NCBI RefSeq assembly: GCF_009914755.1
Contig: NC_060933.1
DNA from: the human T2T-CHM13v2.0 reference genome, Homo sapiens
DNA: 64,000 bases
Direction: 5' to 3' (one strand)
Below are positions 34,852 through 49,100 of the stretch, piece after piece. A program made the position numbers and the translations under genes. Position 1 is the stretch's first letter. Every line of letters begins with the position of its first letter. The notes under the pieces were generated by a model. That model made no database searches, was not told the origin of the DNA, and was given only the letters and a program-made list of their open reading frames with translations.

Positions 34852-37800
34852 CATTCTCAGAAACTTGTTTGTGATGTGTGTATTCAACTAACAGAGATGA
34901 ACCTTTCTTTTTACAGAGCAGTTTTGAAACACTCTTTTTGTGGAATCTGAAAGTGGATATTTGGATAGCTTTGAGGATTTCGTTGGAAACGGGATTACAT
35001 ATAAAACCTAGAGAGAAGCATTCTCAGGAACTTCTTTTTGATGTTTGCCTTCAAGTCACAGGACTGAACATTCCCTTTCATAGAGCAGGTTTGAAACACT
35101 CTTTCTGTAGTATCTGCAAGCTGACGTTTCAAGCGCTTTCAGGCCTATGGTGAGAAAGGAAATATCTTCAAGTAAAAACTAGACAGAAGCATTCTCAGAA
35201 ACTTATTTGCCATGTGTGTTCTCAACTAACAGAGTTGAACCTTTGTTTTGATACGGCATTTTGGAAACACTCTTTTTGTAGAATCTGCAGGTGGATATTC
35301 GGATAGCTTTGAAGGTTTCGTTGGAAACGGGAATATCTTCATATAAAATCTAGACGGAAGCATTCTCAGAAACTGCTTTGTGATGTTTTCATTCAAGTCA
35401 CAGAGTAGAATGTTCCCTGTTATATACCAGGTTTGAGACACTCTTTCTGCACTACCTGGAAGTGGACGTTTGGAGCGCTTTGAGGCCTATGTTGAAAAAG
35501 GAAATATCTTCCCATAAAAACTAGACAGAAGCATTCTCAGAAACTTGTTTGTGATGTGTGTATTCAACTAACAGAGATGAACCTTTCTTTTTACAGAGCA
35601 GTTTTGAAACACTCTTTTTGTGGAATCTGAAAGTGGATATTTGGATAGCTTTGAGGATTTCGTTGGAAACGGGATTACATATAAAATCTAGAGAGAAGCA
35701 TTCTCAGGAACTTCTTTGTGATGTTTGCATTCAAGTCACAGAACTGAACATTCCCTTTCATAGAGCAGGTTTGAAACACTCTTTCTGTAGTATCTGCAAG
35801 CTGACGTTTCAAGCGCTTTCAGGCCTATGGTGAGAAAGGAAATATCTTCAAGTAAAAACTAGACAGAAGCATTCTCAGAAACTTATTTGCGATGTGTGTT
35901 CTCAACTAACAGAGTTGAACCTTTGTTTTGATATGGCATTTTGGAAACACTCTTTTTGTAGAATCTGCAGGTGGATATTCGGATAGCTTTGAAGGTTTCG
36001 TTGGAAACGGGAATATCTTCATATAAAATCTAGACGGAAGCATTCTCAGAAACTGCTTTGTGATGTTTTCATTCAAGTCACAGAGTAGAATGTTCCCTGT
36101 TATATACCAGGTTTGAGACACTCTTTCTGCACTACCTGGAAGTGGACATTTGCAGCGCTTTGAGGCCTATGATGAAAAAGGAAATATCTTCCCATAAAAA
36201 CTAGACAGAAGCATTCTCAGAAACTTGTTTGTGATGTGTGTATTCAACTAACAGAGATGAACCTTTCTTTTTACAGAGCAGTTTTGAAAGAGTCTTTTTG
36301 TGGAATCTGAAAGTGGATATTTGGATAGCTTTGAGGATTTCGTTGGAAACGGGATTACATATAAAATCTAGAGAGAAGCATTCTCATGAACTTCTTTGTG
36401 ATGTTTGCATTCACGTCTCAGAACTGAACATTCCCTTTCATAGAGCATGTTTGAAACACTCTTTCTGTAGTATCTGCAAACGGACATTTCAAACGCTTTC
36501 AGGCCTATGGTGAGAAAGGAAATATCTTCAAATAAAAACTAGACAGAAGCATTCTCAGAAACTTATTTGCGATGTGTGTCCTCAACTAACAGAGTTGAAC
36601 CTTTCTTTTGATACAACATTTTGGAAACACTCTTTTTGTAGAATCTGCAAGTGGATATTTGAATAGCTTTGAAGGTTTCGTTGGAAACGGGAATATCTTC
36701 AAATAAAAACTAGACAGAAGCATTCTCAGAAACTTATTTGCGATGTGTGTCCTCAACTAACAGAGTTAAACCTTTCTTTTGGTACAACATTTTGGAAACA
36801 CTCTTTTTGTAGAATCTGCAAGTGGATATTTGAATAGCTTTGAAGGTTTCGTTGGAAACGGGAATATCTTCATATAAAATCAAGACAGAAGCATTCTCAG
36901 AAACTTCTCTGTGATGTTTGCATTCAACTCATAGAGTTGAACACTTCCCTTCATACAGCAGGTTTGAAACACTCTTTTTGTAATATTTGGAAGTGGACAT
37001 TTGCAGCGCTTTGAGGCCTATGATGAAAAAGGTAATATCTTCCCATAAAAACTAGACAGAAGCGTTCTCAGAAACTTGTTTGTGATGTGTGTATTCAACT
37101 AACAGAGATGAACCTTTCTTTTTACAGAGCAGTTTTGAAACACTCTTTTTGTGGAATCTGAAAGTGGATATTTGGATAGCTTTGCGGATTTCGTTGGAAA
37201 CGGGATTACATATAAAATCTAGGGAGAAGCATTCTCAGGAACTTCTTTGTGATGTTTGCATTCAAGTCACAGAACTGAACATTCCCTTTCATAGAGCAGG
37301 TTTGAAACACTCTTTCTGTAGTATCTGCAAGCTGACGTTTCAAGCGCTTTCAGGCCTATGGTGAGAAAGGAAATATCTTCAAGTAAAAACTAGACAGAAG
37401 CATTCTCAGAAACTTATTTGCGATGTGTGTTCTCAACTAACAGAGTTGAACCTTTGTTTTGATATGGCATTTTGGAAACACTCTTTTTGTAGAATCTGCA
37501 GGTGGATATTCGGATAGCTTTGAAGGTTTCGTTGGAAACGGGAATATCTTCATATGAAATCTAGACGGAAGCATTCTCAGAAACTGCTTTGTGATGTTTT
37601 CATTCAAGTCACAGAGTAGAATGTTCCCTGTTATATACCAGGTTTGAGACACTCTTTCTGCACTACCTGGAAGTGGACATTTGCAGCGCTTTGAGGCCTA
37701 TGATGAAAAAGGAAATATCTTCCCATAAGAACTAGACAGAAGCATTCTCAGAAACTTGTTTGTGATGTGTGTATTCAACTAACAGAGATGAACCTTTCTT

Positions 37801-40800
37801 TTTACAGAGCAGTTTTGAAACACTCTTTTTGTGGAATCTGAAAGTGGATATTTGGATAGCTTTGAGGATTTCGTTGGAAACGGGATTACATATAAAATCT
37901 AGAGAGAAGCATTCTCAGGAACTTCTTTGTGATGTTTGCATTCACGTCACAGAACTGAACATTCCCTTTCATAGAGCATGTTTGAAACACTCTTTCTGTA
38001 GTATCTGCAAACGGACATTTCAAACGCTTTCAGGCCTATGGTGAGAAAGGAAATATCTTCAAATAAAAACTAGACAGAAGCATTCTCAGAAACTTATTTG
38101 CGATGTGTGTCCTCAACTAACAGAGTTGAACCTTTCTTTTGATACAACATTTTGGAAACACACTTTTTGTAGAATCTGCAAGTGGATATTTGAATAGCTT
38201 TGAAGGTTTCGTTGGAAACGGGAATATCTTCAAATAAAAACTAGACAGAAGCATTCTCAGAAACTTATTTGCGATGTGTGTCCTCAACTAACAGAGTTGA
38301 ACCTTTCCTTTGATACAACATTTTGGAAACACTCTTTTTGTAGAATCTGCAAGTGGATATTTGGATAGCTTTGAAGGTTTCGTTGGAAACGGGAATATCT
38401 TCATATAAAATCAAGACAGAAGCATTCTCAGAAACTTCTCTGTGATGTTTGCATTCAACTCATAGAGTTGAACACTTCCCTTCATACAGCAGGTTTGAAA
38501 CACTCTTTTTGTAATATTTGGAAGTGGACATTTGCAGCGCTTTGAGGCCTATGATGAAAAAGGTAATATCTTCCCATAAAAACTAGACAGAACCATTCTC
38601 AGAAACTTGTTTGTGATGTGTGTATTCAACTAACAGAGATGAACCTTTCTTTTTACAGAGCAGTTTTGAAACACTCTTTTTGTGGAATCTGAAAGTGGAT
38701 ATTTGGATAGCTTTGCGGATTTCGTTGGAAACGGGATTACATATAAAATCTAGGGAGAAGCATTCTCAGGAACTTCTTTGTGATGTTTGCATTCAAGTCA
38801 CAGAACTGAACATTCCCTTTCATAGAGCAGGTTTGAAACACTCTTTCTGTAGTATCTGCAAGCGGACGTTTTAAGCGCTTTCAGGCCTGTGGTGAGAAAG
38901 GAAATATCTTCAAATAAAAACTAGACAGAAGCATTCTCAGAAACTTATTTGCGATGTGTGTCCTCAACTAACAGAGTTGAACCTTTCTTTTGATACAACA
39001 TTTTGGAAACACTCTTTTTGTAGAATCTGCAAGTGGATATTTGGATAGCTTTGAAGGTTTCGTTGGAAACGGGAATATCTTCATATGAAATCAAGACAGA
39101 AGCATTCTCAGAAACTTCTCTGTGATGTTTGCATTCAACTCATAGAGTTGAACACTTCCCTTCATACAGCAGGTTTGAAACACTCTTTTTCTAATATTTG
39201 GAAGTGGACATTTGCAGCGCTTTGAGGCCTATGTTGAAAAAGGAAATATCTTCTCCTAAAAACCAGACAGAAGCATTCTCAGAAACTTCCTTGTGATGTG
39301 TGTACTCAAGTAACAGAGTTGAACCTTCCTTTTGACGGAGCAGTTTTGAAGCACTCTTTTTGTAGAATCTGCAAGTGGATATTTTGATACCTTTGAGGAT
39401 TTCGTTGGACACGGGATATCTTCATATAAAATCTAGACAGAAGCATTCTCAGAAACTTCTTTGTGCTGTATGTCCTCAATTAACAGAGTTGAACCTTTGT
39501 GTGGATACAGCATTTTGGAAACATTCCTTTAGTAGAATCTGCAAGTTGATATTTAGATAGCTAGGAAGATTTCCTTGGAAACGGGAGTATCTTCATATAA
39601 AATCTAGACGGAAGCATTCTCAGAAAGTGCTTTGTGATGTTTGCATTCAAGTCACAGAGTTGAATATTCCCTTTTATAGAGCAGGTTTGAAACACTCTTT
39701 CTGCACTACCTGGAAGTGGACATTTGGAGCGCTTTGAGGCCTATGTTGAAAAAGGAAATATCTTCCCATAAAAACTAGACAGAAGCATTCTCAGAAACTT
39801 GTTTGTGAAGTGTGTATTCAACTAACAGAGGTGAACCTTTCTTTTTACAGAGCAGTTTTGAAACACTCTTTTTGTGGAATCTGAAAGTGGATATTTGGAT
39901 AGCTTTGAGGATTTCGTTGGAAACGGGATTACATATAAAACCTAGAGAGAAGCATTCTCAGGAACTTCTTTTTGATGTTTGCCTTCAAGTCACAGGACTG
40001 AACATTCCCTTTCATAGAGCAGGTTTGAAACACTCTTTCTGTAGTATCTGCAAGCTGACGTTTCAAGCGCTTTCAGGCCTATGGTGAGAAAGGAAATATC
40101 TTCAAGTAAAAACTAGACAGAAGCATTCTCAGAAACTTATTTGCCATGTGTGTTCTCAACTAACAGAGTTGAACCTTTGTTTTGATACGGCATTTTGGAA
40201 ACACTCTTTTTGTAGAATCTGCAGGTGGATATTCGGATAGCTTTGAAGGTTTCGTTGGAAACGGGAATATCTTCATATAAAATCTAGACGGAAGCATTCT
40301 CAGAAACTGCTTTGTGATGTTTTCATTCAAGTCACAGAGTAGAATGTTCCCTGTTATATACCAGGTTTGAGACACTCTTTCTGCACTACCTGGAAGTGGA
40401 CGTTTGGAGCGCTTTGAGGCCTATGTTGAAAAAGGAAATATCTTCCCATAAAAACTAGACAGAAGCATTCTCAGAAACTTGTTTGTGATGTGTGTATTCA
40501 ACTAACAGAGATGAACCTTTCTTTTTACAGAGCAGTTTTGAAACACTCTTTTTGTGGAATCTGAAAGTGGATATTTGGATAGCTTTGAGGATTTCGTTGG
40601 AAACGGGATTACATATAAAATCTAGAGAGAAGCATTCTCAGGAACTTCTTTGTGATGTTTGCATTCAAGTCACAGAACTGAACATTCCCTTTCATAGAGC
40701 AGGTTTGAAACACTCTTTCTGTAGTATCTGCAAGCTGACGTTTCAAGCGCTTTCAGGCCTATGGTGAGAAAGGAAATATCTTCAAGTAAAAACTAGACAG

Positions 40801-43188
40801 AAGCATTCTCAGAAACTTATTTGCGATGTGTGTTCTCAACTAACAGAGTTGAACCTTTGTTTTGATATGGCATTTTGGAAACACTCTTTTTGTAGAATCT
40901 GCAGGTGGATATTCGGATAGCTTTGAAGGTTTCGTTGGAAACGGGAATATCTTCATATAAAATCTAGACGGAAGCATTCTCAGAAACTGCTTTGTGATGT
41001 TTTCATTCAAGTCACAGAGTAGAATGTTCCCTGTTATATACCAGGTTTGAGACACTCTTTCTGCACTACCTGGAAGTGGACATTTGCAGCGCTTTGAGGC
41101 CTATGATGAAAAAGGAAATATCTTCCCATAAAAACTAGACAGAAGCATTCTCAGAAACTTGTTTGTGATGTGTGTATTCAACTAACAGAGATGAACCTTT
41201 CTTTTTACAGAGCAGTTTTGAAACAGTCTTTTTGTGGAATCTGAAAGTGGATATTTGGATAGCTTTGAGGATTTCGTTGGAAACGGGATTACATATAAAA
41301 TCTAGAGAGAAGCATTCTCAGGAACTTCTTTGTGATGTTTGCATTCACGTCTCAGAACTGAACATTCCCTTTCATAGAGCATGTTTGAAACACTCTTTCT
41401 GTAGTATCTGCAAACGGACATTTCAAACGCTTTCAGGCCTATGGTGAGAAAGGAAATATCTTCAAATAAAAACTAGACAGAAGCATTCTCAGAAACTTAT
41501 TTGCGATGTGTGTCCTCAACTAACAGAGTTGAACCTTTCTTTTGATACAACATTTTGGAAACACTCTTTTTGTAGAATCTGCAAGTGGATATTTGAATAG
41601 CTTTGAAGGTTTCGTTGGAAACGGGAATATCTTCAAATAAAAACTAGACAGAAGCATTCTCAGAAACTTATTTGCGATGTGTGTCCTCAACTAACAGAGT
41701 TAAACCTTTCTTTTGGTACAACATTTTGGAAACACTCTTTTTGTAGAATCTGCAAGTGGATATTTGAATAGCTTTGAAGGTTTCGTTGGAAACGGGAATA
41801 TCTTCATATAAAATCAAGACAGAAGCATTCTCAGAAACTTCTCTGTGATGTTTGCATTCAACTCATAGAGTTGAACACTTCCCTTCATACAGCAGGTTTG
41901 AAACACTCTTTTTGTAATATTTGGAAGTGGACATTTGCAGCGCTTTGAGGCCTATGATGAAAAAGGTAATATCTTCCCATAAAAACTAGACAGAAGCGTT
42001 CTCAGAAACTTGTTTGTGATGTGTGTATTCAACTAACAGAGATGAACCTTTCTTTTTACAGAGCAGTTTTGAAACACTCTTTTTGTGGAATCTGAAAGTG
42101 GATATTTGGATAGCTTTGCGGATTTCGTTGGAAACGGGATTACATATAAAATCTAGGGAGAAGCATTCTCAGGAACTTCTTTGTGATGTTTGCATTCAAG
42201 TCACAGAACTGAACATTCCCTTTCATAGAGCAGGTTTGAAACACTCTTTCTGTAGTATCTGCAAGCGGACGTTTTAAGCGCTTTCAGGCCTGTGGTGAGA
42301 AAAGAAATATCTTCAAATAAAAACTAGACAGAAGCATTCTCAGAAACTTATTTGCGATGTGTGTCCTAAACTAACAGAGTTGAACCTTTCTTTTGATACA
42401 ACATTTTGGAAACACTCTTTTTGTAGAATCTGCAAGTGGATATTTGGATAGCTTTGAAGGTTTCGTTGGAAACGGGAATATCTTCATATGAAATCAAGAC
42501 AGAAGCATTCTCAGAAACTTCTCTGTGATGTTTGCATTCAACTCATAGAGTTGAACACTTCCCTTCATACAGCAGGTTTGAAACACTCTTTTTCTAATAT
42601 TTGGAAGTGGACATTTGCAGCGCTTTGAGGCCTATGTTGAAAAAGGAAATATCTTCTCCTAAAAACCAGACAGAAGCATTCTCAGAAACTTCCTTATGAT
42701 GTGTGTACTCAAGTAACAGAGTTGAACCTTCCTTTTGACAGAGCAGTTTTGAAGCACTCTTTTTGTAGAATCTGCAAGTGGATATTTTGATACCTTTGAG
42801 GATTTCGTTGGACACGGGATATCTTCATATAAAATCTAGACAGAAGCATTCTCAGAAACTTCTTTGTGCTGTATGTCCTCAATTAACAGAGTTGAACCTT
42901 TGTGTGGATACAGCACTTTGGAAACATTCCTTTAGTAGAATCTGCAAGTTGATATTTAGATAGCTAGGAAGATTTCCTTGGAAACGGGAATATCTTCATA
43001 TAAAATCTAGACGGAAGCATTCTCAGAAAGTGCTTTGTGATGTTTGCATTCAAGTCACAGAGTTGAATATTCCCTTTTATAGAGCAGGTTTGAAACACTC
43101 TTTCTGCACTACCTGGAAGTGGACATTTGGAGCGCTTTGAGGCCTATGTTGAAAAAGGAAATATCTTCCCATAAAAACTAGACAGAAG
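34852..43188 (+). repeat. HOR units: 29-mer (34852-39785), 20-mer (39786-43188)
   Basis: Lengths 4934 and 3403 bp; compositions Z1-Z2-X5-(Y/Z2)-X5-Y and Z1-Z2-X5-Y. Confidence 0.92.
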
Positions 43189-46100
43189 CATTCTCAGAAA
43201 CTTGTTTGTGATGTGTGTATTCAACTAACAGAGATGAACCTTTCTTTTTACAGAGCAGTTTTGAAACACTCTTTTTGTGGAATCTGAAAGTGGATATTTG
43301 GATAGCTTTGAGGATTTCGTTGGAAACGGGATTACATATAAAACCTAGAGAGAAGCATTCTCAGGAACTTCTTTGTGATGTTTTCATTCAAGTCACAGAA
43401 CTGAACATTCCCTTTCATAGAGCAGGTTTGAAACACTCTTTCTGTAGTATCTGCAAGCTGACGTTTCAAGCGCTTTCAGGCCTATGGTGAGAAAGGAAAT
43501 ATCTTCAAGTAAAAACTAGACAGAAGCATTCTCAGAAACTTATTTGCGATGTGTGTTCTCAACTAACAGAGTTGTAACTTTGTTTTGATATGGCATTTTG
43601 GAAACACTCTTTTTGTAGAATCTGCAGGTGGATATTCGGATAGCTTTGAAGGTTTCGTTGGAAACGGGAATATCTTCATATAAAATCTAGACGGAAGCAT
43701 TGTCAGAAACTGCTTTGTGATGTTTTCATTCAAGTCACAGAGTAGAATGTTCCCTGTTATATACCAGGTTTGAGACACTCTTTCTGCACTACCTGGAAGT
43801 GGACATTTGCAGCGCTTTGAGGCCTATGATGAAAAAGGAAATATCTTCCCATAAAAACTAGACAGAAGCATTCTCAGAAACTTGTTTGTGATGTGTGTAT
43901 TCAACTAACAGAGATGAACCTTTCTTTTTACAGAGCAGTTTTGAAACACTCTTTTTGTGGAATCTGAAAGTGGATATTTGGATAGCTTTGAGGATTTCGT
44001 TGGAAACGGGATTACATATAAAATCTAGAGAGAAGCATTCTCAGGAACTTCTTTGTGATGTTTGCATTCACGTCACAGAACTGAACATTCCCTTTCATAG
44101 AGCATGTTTGAAACACTCTTTCTGTAGTATCTGCAAACGGACATTTCAAACGCTTTCAGGCCTATGGTGAGAAAGGAAATATCTTCAAATAAAAACTAGA
44201 CAGAAGCATTCTCAGAAACTTATTTGCGATGTGTGTCCTCAACTAACAGAGTTGAACCTTTCTTTTGATACAACATATTTTAAACACTCTTTTTGTGGAA
44301 TCTGCAAGTGGATATTTGGATAGCTTTGAAGGTTTCGTTGGAAACGGGAATATCTTCATATAAAATCAAGACAGAAGCATTCTCAGAAACTTCTCTGTGA
44401 TATTTGCATTCAACTCATAGAGTTGAACACTTCCCTTCATACAGCAGGTTCGAAACACTCTTTTTGTAATATTTGGAAGTGGACATTTGCAGCGCTTTGA
44501 GGCCTATGATGAAAAAGGTAATATCTTCCCATAAAAACTAGACAGAAGCATTCTCAGAAACTTGTTTGTGATGTGTGTATTCAACTAACAGAGATGAACC
44601 TTTCTTTTTACAGAGCAGTTTTGAAACACTCTTTTTGTGGAATCTGAAAGTGGATATTTGGATAGCTTTGCGGATTTCGTTGGAAACGGGATTACATATA
44701 AAATCTAGGGAGAAGCATTCTCAGGAACTTCTTTGTGATGTTTGCATTCAAGTCACAGAACTGAACATTCCCTTTCATAGAGCAGGTTTGAAACACTCTT
44801 TCTGTAGTATCTGCAAGCGGACGTTTTAAGCGCTTTCAGGCCTGTGGTGAGAAAGGAAATATCTTCAAATAAAAACTAGACAGAAGCATTCTCAGAAACT
44901 TATTTGCGATGTGTGTCCTAAACTAACAGAGTTGAACCTTTCTTTTGATACAACATTTTGGAAACACTCTTTTTGTAGAATCTGCAAGTGGATATTTGGA
45001 TAGCTTTGAAGGTTTCGTTGGAAACGGGAATATCTTCATATGAAATCAAGACAGAAGCATTCTCAGAAACTTCTCTGTGATGTTTGCATTCAACTCATAG
45101 AGTTGAACACTTCCCTTCATACAGCAGGTTTGAAACACTCTTTTTCTAATATATGGAAGTGGACATTTGCAGCGCTTTGAGGCCTATGTTGAAAAAGGAA
45201 ATATCTTCTCCTAAAAACCAGACAGAGGCATTCTCAGAAACTTCCTTGTGATGTGTGTACTCAAGTAACAGAGTTGAACCTTCCTTTTGACGGAGCAGTT
45301 TTGAAGCACTCTTTTTGTAGAATCTGCAAGTGGATATTTTGATACCTTTGAGGATTTCTTTGGACACGGGATATCTTCATATAAAATCTAGACAGAAGCA
45401 TTCTCAGAAACTTCTTTGTGCTGTATGTCCTCAATTAACAGAGTTGAACCTTTGTGTGGATACAGCATTTTGGAAACATTCCTTTAGTAGAATCTGCAAG
45501 TTGATATTTAGATAGCTAGGAAGATTTCCTTGGAAACGGGAATATCTTCATATAAAATCTAGACGGAAGCATTCTCAGAAAGTGCTTTGTGATGTTTGCA
45601 TTCAAGTCACAGAGTTGAATATTCCCTTTTATAGAGAAGGTTTGAAACACTCTTTCTGCACTACCTGGAAGTGGACATTTGGAGCGCTTTGAGGCCTATG
45701 TTGAAAAAGGAAATATCTTCCCATAAAAACTAGACAGAAGCATTCTCAGAAACTTGTTTGTGATGTGTGTATTCAACTAACAGAGATGAACCTTTCTTTT
45801 TACAGAGCAGTTTTGAAACACTCTTTTTGTGGAATCTGAAAGTGGATATTTGGATAGCTTTGAGGATTTCGTTGGAAACGGGATTACATATAAAACCTAG
45901 AGAGAAGCATTCTCAGGAACTTCTTTGTGATGTTTGCCTTCAAGTCACAGGACTGAACATTCCCTTTCATAGAGCAGGTTTGAAACACTCTTTCTGTAGT
46001 ATCTGCAAGCTGACGTTTCAAGCGCTTTCAGGCCTATGGTGAGAAAGGAAATATCTTCAAGTAAAAACTAGACAGAAGCATTCTCAGAAACTTATTTGCG

Positions 46101-49100
46101 ATGTGTGTTCTCAACTAACAGAGTTGAACATTTGTTTTGATACGGCATTTTGGAAACACTCTTTTTGTAGAATCTGCAGGTGGATATTCGGATAGCTTTG
46201 AAGGTTTCGTTGGAAACGGGAATATCTTCATATAAAATCTAGACGGAAGCATTGTCAGAAACTGCTTTGTGATGTTTTCATTCAAGTCACAGAGTAGAAT
46301 GTTCCCTGTTATATACCAGGTTTGAGACACTCTTTCTGCACTACCTGGAAGTGGACATTTGGAGCGCTTTGAGGCCTATGATGAAAAAGGAAATATCTTC
46401 CCATAAAAACTAGACAGAAGCATTCTCAGAAACTTGTTTGTGATGTGTGTATTCAACTAACAGAGATGAACCTTTCTTTTTACAGAGCAGTTTTGAAACA
46501 CTCTTTTTGTGGAATCTGAAAGTGGATATTTGGATAGCTTTGAGGATTTCGTTGGAAACGGGATTACATATAAAATCTAGAGAGAAGCATTCTCAGGAAT
46601 TTCTTTGTGATGTTTGCATTCACGTCACAGAACTGAACATTCCCTTTCATAGAGCATGTTTGAAACACTCTTTCTATAGTATCTGCAAACGGACATTTCA
46701 AACGCTTTCAGGCCTATGGTGAGAAAGGAAATATCTTCAAATAAAAACTAGACAGAAGCATTCTCAGAAACTTATTTGCGATGTGTGTCCTCAACTAACA
46801 GAGTTGAACCTTTCTTTTGATACAACATTTTGGACACACTCTTTTTGTGGAATCTGCAAGTGGATATTTGGATAGCTTTGAAGGTTTCGTTGGAAACGGG
46901 AATACCTTCATATAAAATCAAGACAGAAGCATTCTCAGAAACTTCTCTGTGATGTTTGCATTCAACTCATAGAGTTGAACACTTCCCTTCATACAGCAGG
47001 TTTGAAACACTCTTTTTGTAATATTTGGAAGTGGACATTTGCAGCGCTTTGAGGCCTATGATGAAAAAGGTAATATCTTCCCATAAAAACTAGACAGAAG
47101 CATTCTCAGAAACTTGTTTGTGATGTGTGTATTCAACTAACAGAGATGAACCTTTCTTTTTACAGAGCAGTTTTGAAACACTCTTTTTGTGGAATCTGAA
47201 AGTGGATATTTGGATAGCTTTGCGGATTTCGTTGGAAACGGGATTACATATAAAATCTAGGGAGAAGCATTCTCAGGAACTTCTTTGTGATGTTTGCATT
47301 CAAGTCACAGAACTGAACATTCCCTTTCATAGAGCAGGTTTGAAACACTCTTTCTGTAGTATCTGCAAGCGGACGTTTTAAGCGCTTTCAGGCCTGTGGT
47401 GAGAAAGGAAATATCTTCAAATAAAAACTAGACAGAAGCATTCTCAGAAACTTATTTGCGATGTGTGTCCTCAACTAACAGAGTTGAACCTTTCTTTTGA
47501 TACAACATTTTGGAAACACTCTTTTTGTAGAATCTGCAAGTGGATATTTGGATAGCTTTGAAGGTTTCGTTGGAAACGGGAATATCTTCATATGAAATCA
47601 AGACAGAAGCATTCTCAGAAACTTCTCTGTGATGTTTGCATTCAACTCATAGAGTTGAACACTTCCCTTCATACAGCAGGTTTGAAACACTCTTTTTCTA
47701 ATATTTGGAAGTGGACATTTGCAGCGCTTTGGGGCCTATGTTGAAAAAGGAAATATCTTCTCCTAAAAACCAGACAGAAGCATTCTCAGAAACTTCCTTG
47801 TGATGTGTGTACTCAAGTAACAGAGTTGAACCTTCCTTTTGACGGAGCAGTTTTGAAGCACTCTTTTTGTAGAATCTGCAAGTGGATATTTTGATACCTT
47901 TGAGGATTTCGTTGGACACGGGATATCTTCATATAAAATCTAGACAGAAGCATTCTCAGAAACTTCTTTGTGCTGTATGTCCTCAATTAACAGAGTTGAA
48001 CCTTTGTGTGGATACAGCATTTTGGAAACATTCCTTTAGTAGAATCTGCAAGTTGATATTTAGATAGCTAGGAAGATTTCCTTGGAAACGGGAGTATCTT
48101 CATATAAAATCTAGACGGAAGCATTCTCAGAAAGTGCTTTGTGATGTTTGCATTCAAGTCACAGAGTTGAATATTCCCTTTTATAGAGCAGGTTTGAAAC
48201 ACTCTTTCTGCACTACCTGGAAGTGGACATTTGGAGCGCTTTGAGGCCTATGTTGAAAAAGGAAATATCTTCCCATAAAAACTAGACAGAAGCATTCTCA
48301 GAAACTTGTTTGTGATGTGTGTATTCAACTAACAGAGATGAACCTTTCTTTTTACAGAGCAGTTTTGAAACACTCTTTTTGTGGAATCTGAAAGTGGATA
48401 TTTGGATAGCTTTGAGGATTTCGTTGGAAACGGGATTACATATAAAACCTAGAGAGAAGCATTCTCAGGAACTTCTTTTTGATGTTTGCCTTCAAGTCAC
48501 AGGACTGAACATTCCCTTTCATAGAGCAGGTTTGAAACACTCTTTCTGTAGTATCTGCAAGCTGACGTTTCAAGCGCTTTCAGGCCTATGGTGAGAAAGG
48601 AAATATCTTCAAGTAAAAACTAGACAGAAGCATTCTCAGAAACTTATTTGCCATGTGTGTTCTCAACTAACAGAGTTGAACCTTTGTTTTGATACGGCAT
48701 TTTGGAAACACTCTTTTTGTAGAATCTGCAGGTGGATATTCGGATAGCTTTGAAGGTTTCGTTGGAAACGGGAATATCTTCATATAAAATCTAGACGGAA
48801 GCATTGTCAGAAACTGCTTTGTGATGTTTTCATTCAAGTCACAGAGTAGAATGTTCCCTGTTATATACCAGGTTTGAGACACTCTTTCTGCACTACCTGG
48901 AAGTGGACATTTGCAGCGCTTTGAGGCCTATGATGAAAAAGGAAATATCTTCCCATAAAAACTAGACAGAAGCATTCTCAGAAACTTGTTTGTGATGTGT
49001 GTATTCAACTAACAGAGATGAACCTTTCTTTTTACAGAGCAGTTTTGAAACACTCTTTTTGTGGAATCTGAAAGTGGATATTTGGATAGCTTTGAGGATT

